This document shows, piece by piece, positions 50,478 through 56,637 of a stretch of 56,637 bases of DNA. The stretch lies in assembly GCF_001194135.2 (NCBI RefSeq), contig NC_068984.1, forward strand, positions 47,819,909 through 47,876,545. Reading direction: 5' to 3'. The stretch is from Octopus bimaculoides. Its lineage: Eukaryota. A program made the position numbers and the translations under genes. Numbering within the stretch: position 1 is the stretch's first letter; every line of letters begins with the position of its first letter. Under the pieces are notes generated by a model. The model did not search any database. It saw only the letters and a program-made list of their open reading frames with translations, and was not told where the DNA came from.

Positions 50478-52374
50478 TGCAAGCATGTGCATGTATTTGG
50501 TGCGTCCGCACGCGTATATATGTATGTTCATATAACAGGGGATGAAGTGTGTATGCGTCCGTGCGGGTGTGTATATGTAGTGTAACGTTGACCAGCGGTC
50601 AGCAGTACCAGCGCCGCGAATTATCTACTAAGAGATCAATACCTAGCAGCCAACTAGTCTTTATCTACACCCATCTCAGTTAATTAGTCATGACAACAAT
50701 TCTTTCACCCTAAAGTTACAGACTATTCACTCCTATCCCCCCTCTTTCTTCCTCCTCTCCTTTTCTCCATTCTTATCAAATCTATGCGAATCCCAATCCG
50801 ACAGACGTCACCTCATCCTTCTCTTCCTTACTTCTTGTCCGTTTTATTTCTTCAAGTATATTTTTTCGTTCTCTTTTTTTTTTTTCAATTCATTTCAACT
50901 TACATCTAGTATGAGTTAAGCTGGTAATTCCAATCGACAATGTAACCTTCATCTAATTATGGCATTTTCGGCCTGATGACTAGTTAAGTTACGTATCTCT
51001 CTTTGAGTAATTATGGCATAAGAATATCGGTTACCAAAGAAACATATGTAGCCTGTAACCTTCCTACACTTGGATCCCTAGATCCTATCCTTGTATATCG
51101 ACATTTATACATGCACAAACACACAGGTGCGCATGCATACAACCACACACATGCGCGCGTACACACACTCATTCTCACAGGCATATAATACATGCTCTTG
51201 CTCATTAGTTTTTAAACTAATTTCAGACGGAAGACACTGGTCAAATGTAGGGTATGGCTGAATAATCTTGACGAATATGCTGGCTGTATGGTGGGAAAAA
51301 AGGACATAACTCTTTAACTGTAAATAACGTTCTATAGAATATGCTTAATTTATCAATTATCTACACGTTTAGAAGGTGAAGGTTAGCACAAAGCAAACTG
51401 GCCGTCCAAGAGATGTTAGATTGATGAGGCTGATGCTCAGGCTGAACGTGTGTGCAGTGCGATTTTATAGAAACAAATAAATAAATGAACAAACGAATCT
51501 TGAAGCAAATACAACATGGATACGGAAAATGTATAATCTTGTGAATCCGTGATTTTTCTGAAAACGACACGCTGTTTCATAAGAGCAGAGACATTTCCAG
51601 TGGCGCATTAGGAATCAGATGTCAAAATGATAATGAAATGTAAATTAGTTGTTATAATATGATGAGTAAATCATTAATCGGTTGAATCGCACCTTTATAT
51701 TTCTACTAAAGTTATGTTTGTAGCAAAAGCCCAGACTCGGGGATTCCAGCAGCAGTCCAATCTGAATCATCTGTAAGCTTGTATATGTTAAGCAACTTAT
51801 CAGCAATGACGCATCATTTGGCACCAAACAGGAAGCTCAAAGCAATGCTATGTAGATTAGAATATATGGCATTCATGTTATCGCAAGTTACACGCAAGAA
51901 CAAGTCTTTCTCTCTCTCCACTCTCTCACCCCCTCCCCCCTCTCTCCCCTCTCTCTTCTACACACATATACACACATGCATACAAATATGCATATATGTG
52001 TATATTCATATTGTGTTTTATTCTGTTACTTTATTCAGTGATTCAGCTGCGGCTAGGACCCGGCGTTGAAGGGAGTTAATCGATAAGAGCTACGCCAGTA
52101 CATAATCAAACTTGGTACTCTTTCTATTGTTCTTTTTTTTTGTTAGAGTGATACATTACAAAAAACACCGACATACATGTGAAGCGTTAAAGCACAAATG
52201 CAAACACAATGCTACATACATACATACATACATACATACATACATACATACATGATGCTCGTCCACTCGTCCACTTGTGCACTTTAGGACTAACTTATAT
52301 TTTGCATATACAACTGCAAGCATTGCAAACAAAGCTTTCTCCATTCAATATGCTAGCAGTGTGTTTCGTGCAGC

Positions 52375-52790
52375 ACGCTTAAATTCTTCATGAAGAATAT
52401 ATACTTTTTCAAAGGTGTCGAGCCCCTCCTTAACCTGGTTCCTCCATCTGTGGCGATGAAAGGTGTTGCTCTACCAGTCAGTCTCCTGCACATCATAGGC
52501 CTTCAATGAAGACTTGAGAAATCTTTAAATCGGAGCCTTGGTTTCTGCAGGGATCTCTTTCCACTAACAAAGGGATCCTGCTTCTTTCATTCCAATAAGG
52601 TGTCCAGTCCAACGTAACCGGTGCTTGTGTACCATCATCTCAATACTCAAGATATCGGCTTTCTTCAAGACCTGTGTGTCTGGAGTTTTCAAGGTCCAGC
52701 TAACATTCAGAATGTGTCTCGGACATCTCTTATGGAAGCGTCCAAGTACGTTTACATGACGTTTCTAAAGGGTCCATGTCTCACATGAGT
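52375..52790 (-). mobile_element. RTE-clade LINE 3' end remnant
   Basis: Frameshift-corrected reading: WTL*KRHV..ERFHKRCPRHILNVSWTLKTPDTQVLKKADILSIEMMVHKHRLRWTGHLIGMKEAG...KPRLRFKDF, with HRWRNQVKEG near the end. Confidence 0.8.
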
Positions 52791-53534
52791 AAAGAAACGA
52801 TGTCAGTACACATGCACGGTACATCTTATGATGCCATGCTGAGACCAGGCACGAGACTCAAAAACACACACTCTCTCTCTCACTTTCTCCCTCCACCATC
52901 TCCATATTCCTCTCTCTCTTTTCTTGCCCTATACACTCCACATTACTTTTCCCCCCTCTCTCTCTCCACCCCAACCCATTCACTAATACTACAAAAGAGA
53001 CAAAGCCATTCACAAAATTTAAATCTGAAGAATCTATTAGAGTAGATGAAAGCGCTTATATATGATTTGTAAAAGCATGTGACATGTTAATAAATATTTG
53101 TACATGTACAACCATCCAGATATCGGAATACCTTATTTTTTCTAATATATAATATCTGCACATCACCTCCAAAGCTTCTAATATATANNNNNNNNNNNNN
53201 NNNNNNNNNNNNNNNNNNNNNNNNNNNNNNNNNNNNNNNNNNNNNNNNNNNNNNNNNNNNNNNNNNNNNNNNNNNNNNNNNNNNNNNNNNNNNNNNNNNN
53301 NNNNNNNNNNNNNNNNNNNNNNNNNNNNNNNNNNNNNNNNNNNNNNNNNNNNNNNNNNNNNNNNNNNNNNNNNNNNNNNNNNNNNNNNNNNNNNNNNNNN
53401 NNNNNNNNNNNNNNNNNNNNNNNNNNNNNCAAACACCCGAACATTAGCGGGCAAGACAATGGTTTTAAATTGATGTTAATCTAATTAATTTTCAATTTAT
53501 CACCCTCATTATATATATGTATATATATATATAT

Positions 53535-53700
53535 ATGGGAGAATATACAAATAATAACAACAGACGAGGACAGGTGGTGTAAATAACAAAAGTATATATT
53601 AGTATGACGCTCGGGAATACGGAAAGTCTTTGACGTTTCGAGCTACGCTCTTCAACAGAAAGAATACGGAGACAAGGAGAAAAACACGGAGAAAAAAAAT
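53535..53700 (-). mobile_element. Penelope-like pseudo-LTR remnant, family P1
   Basis: Reverse complement is collinear with 16405-16560. Confidence 0.65.
53627..53663 (-). ncRNA. Minimal type I hammerhead-like motif (P1), variant core, GUC triplet
   Basis: TCTTT CTGTTGA A GAGC gta GCTC GAA AC GT C AAAGA, the same architecture as 16433-16469. Confidence 0.55.
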
Positions 53701-53720
53701 TGAATAGTGTTCAGTCAACG

Positions 53721-53753
<33 letters not shown>

Positions 53754-55218
53754 GATGTGTGTGTGTATACATGCATACACACACATTATATGTATTTATT
53801 CATGTTTGAGTAGGTGCCTGTCTGTGTGAGTGCGCACATATGTGTATATGTATGTGTGTACCTATACGTAATTGTTACCTCATTAACACGCAAGCAGACG
53901 CATATACATTTACATAGACGTATGTACTTAGACATATGTATTATCGTTCTTCGACTGAATTTTCTTTCCCAGTAAGAATTGTACAAGAAGTTTCCCACAT
54001 ATCAAATACCATTAGGAAACTAAGAATTCGCTCCCTGGATGCTGCAGAATTAATAAAGATGAGGCAGTCACATCCCACTGTAGGCATGTTAGTGTGGTTG
54101 GAATCACTCTGGTCATGCAGCAAAAACATAAGTCGAACATTTAACAGATGATAGCACATAACAGCGACAAAAAAGGGCGGGGTGTTAGAGACATACAAAA
54201 CGAACTGAGAATGAAAATGCTGTTGAAGATCTTGTTCAAAGTGATGATATGTTAGATATAAATCTTCATCAGAGCAAATCTTCCAAGAATATATCTCCTT
54301 TAGGCTGAGTATAAAGAACGGAATCCGTCTGCGACGAGCACTATCGGACTTTCAATTTATATTAGCATATAAAATCCGCGGCACAGATAAATGTGCTAAA
54401 AAACAGTTACTTTTTAGGCACTTGTACGAAACTCTGTGAATTTCAATGTGATCACCATCAGATAATTACTTAGGCTCAAATCAATAAATATATATATAAT
54501 AATCATTTAAATAGAAGAAATATTTTGAGGTCGAACCTCATGTCTTTGGAGGGAAATATTAAAGAGAAATGTTCAAGTTCAATTTCTATTACAAGAGATT
54601 AAGGAAATATGCATGATGCTAACTCTTACAAATTTATATATACAGATTTGATGGTGAGCTATTCTATAGATCGAGGCAGATCAAAGTGAATGGCTAGACA
54701 GTATGACACAAGTCAATAGATAAAACAGACCTTTCTGTTAGCAGGGAATGCATCGATGAAAGGAGGTTCACTGGTGTCTAATATGCAGTAAATCCAACGT
54801 TACACGGAAATTTAGGTAAGGTGTAATATAATGGTAAAGCAAAAGAATGGGTTTTATGGTGTGACTATAAATGTTTCATTAAGAAACATTATCGTGACGT
54901 AACCTCATTGACAGAGGCATGCACAGATATAAATATTCATAATGTTTTGTAATACGTTACAAAGAATATCTCAAATCTTCACGTTAGATCATAGTCATCA
55001 CACCATATGCAATGATACTTTCAACATAGCAGGATATGCATATATTTACCTCTTTCAGTTAGGGTGAAACATGAAGGTTTGAGAGGTCATATGTAACATA
55101 TTGCATATTATTATGAATATTTCATGTGTATACATGCCTAGCTGCATGTATAGGCATCACAGACAAACTTTTAAAGTAACATTTGTAGACATACAATAAA
55201 ATCCGTTCATCTGCTCTA

Positions 55219-55278
<60 letters not shown>

Positions 55279-55481
55279 CTTCTGACGGACGTGCTGTCAC
55301 ATCGGCTGCAGAGGTAAACCTTTTTTTGACCTTATATTGCCCACATCTGTTTAAAATCTTTTCATATAATCTGTGCGAAGCACCCAAGCTTCATTTGTGT
55401 ATTTTTTCGAAGGGAGGAATTGGCACCTAGGGGCAGTTCCAGCCCCGTCAAAATTAAACTTTTTTCTCGGCATTTGGAAAA

Positions 55482-56637
55482 ATGTCGAGAAACATTGTTT
55501 TGGAACGCTGTTCCAGTCCGTTCTTCGAACATCACTTCCCTAGCCTTGGAACGCTAGAGAAGAAAAAGAATGAAAACTGCACGCGCACACAAAAAGAAAT
55601 TTCTAAGAACGTCATCAAAACAGCAACCACACATATTGACAGGCCTCTCACCACCACCACCACCAATATGAAAACTATGTCTGCTACGATCACTGGCAAC
55701 AGCAGCAGCAGCAGCAGCAACAACAACAACAACAACAGCAACAACAGTGCATCAAAACCAACCACGACCAAAATCTCTGCTACTACAGCAGTCTCCACAG
55801 CTACCGACACCACCACCACCAGCGACGACAACAACAAAAGAACAAACTTTGCTGATGCACTCAGACAAAAAAAATAATAATTTTGCATTTCACAACAAAA
55901 GAAATTCAAGAAACAAAAAAAACTATTAAGCCAAAAAGGACCAAAACTAAAATTTCAAATACCTCAAAAAATCATTCATGATGTACAAAAACAAACAATC
56001 ACATACAAAATTTTGAACACAAAAACAAGAAAACCAGAGCAACCAGTAACAGAAATTATTGAACAATGTTTGTATCCTATATTGGCCCACAAGAAATACA
56101 TAAACTGGTCAAACAGTTTCGCTAGCGTGCAAGTTAGATTTGACAGCGAAGAGAAAGCGAAAGAGTTATCCACGCTGACTCTTCGTTCCGAAAATATAAT
56201 ATTGGTGCACACGTACCTTGGACAAAGGGTAACCAAAGTATCGATAAAAAAATGTCCCTCCAGAAGTGGAACCACAATGGCTGTTATCAGCGATTTGTTA
56301 TCGCACGGAAGGAAATATAAACATTCTAGAAACTACTGCATTAAAGCAGGAAGACTGGAATGGAAAAAAATTCGATGTCCTATTACACATTACACAGGAA
56401 GAATCAAAAGAAATTCCAACTCAAATTGATATGCCAGACGGCCACACCCTCTACGTTGTGGTAGAAGGTAGAAGGCCTCGATGCTACCTGTGTGGCATCG
56501 AAGGGCACCTCAAAAAAGATTGCCCAACAGCAACAGATAACAAAAAACAACAAGAAGGAAAAACAGCCAAAAAAGGACCCCTACTACCCACACCACCACC
56601 AACACAAAGAACGAGCAAAAGGAGCAAGACAGAAGAA
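55482..56637 (+). mobile_element. ORF1 (gag-like) of a Tx1/L1-type non-LTR retrotransposon, frameshifted, truncated by the window end
   Basis: Low-complexity N-terminus ending TNFADAL, then VQVRFDSEEKAKEL...YLGQRVTKVSIK / VPPEVEPQWLLSAI...LYVVVEGRRPR CYLCGIEGHLKKDC (CX2CX4HX4C, 56482-56523). At least two frameshifts. Confidence 0.75.

Noticed and set aside
5707-53459. Long ORFs made mostly of X, or of YI/CV/HT/poly-residue runs
   Set aside because: They are translations of N-gaps and di-, tri- or tetranucleotide microsatellites, not genes.
1-56637. CRISPR array, rRNA, tRNA genes, protocadherin or C2H2 zinc-finger exons
   Set aside because: No regularly spaced repeat-spacer units. The tRNA-like boxes belong to SINE heads. 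No cadherin or C2H2 motifs were seen in any frame examined.

Overview
AT-rich, gap-riddled eukaryotic intergenic or intronic DNA saturated with microsatellites ((TA)n, (CA)n, (TACA)n, (TATC)n, (AAT)n). The repeat families and TTAGGG-type repeats look like an octopus/coleoid cephalopod genome; this is an inference from recognisable SINE families, not verified. I found no intact host protein-coding gene, rRNA, tRNA or CRISPR array. Most ORFs in the supplied track are artefacts of microsatellites or N-gaps. The real content is decayed mobile DNA. (1) Three restriction-like-endonuclease (RLE) non-LTR retrotransposons: two R4/Dong-like copies joined tail-to-tail in an inverted (TAA)n tract, and one heavily decayed near-full-length copy that the ORF track largely misses. 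(2) Penelope-like relics: a Neptune-type GIY-YIG domain and two pLTR families with minimal hammerhead-ribozyme-like motifs, one with a non-canonical core shared by two copies. (3) RTE LINE 3' ends and a Tx1/L1-type ORF1 with a CCHC knuckle running off the right edge. (4) tRNA-derived SINEs. (5) Tc1/mariner elements: a DD37D maT, a deleted mariner, a Tc1 5' end, and a palindromic DD35E composite with three TIRs. (6) A 310-bp hairpin MITE, a perfect 51-bp inverted repeat, and an inverted telomeric-repeat junction at a gap edge. Nothing here is demonstrably a new biological system. The best leads are the variant hammerhead motifs, the tail-to-tail Dong pair, the DD35E fold-back and the telomeric palindrome.
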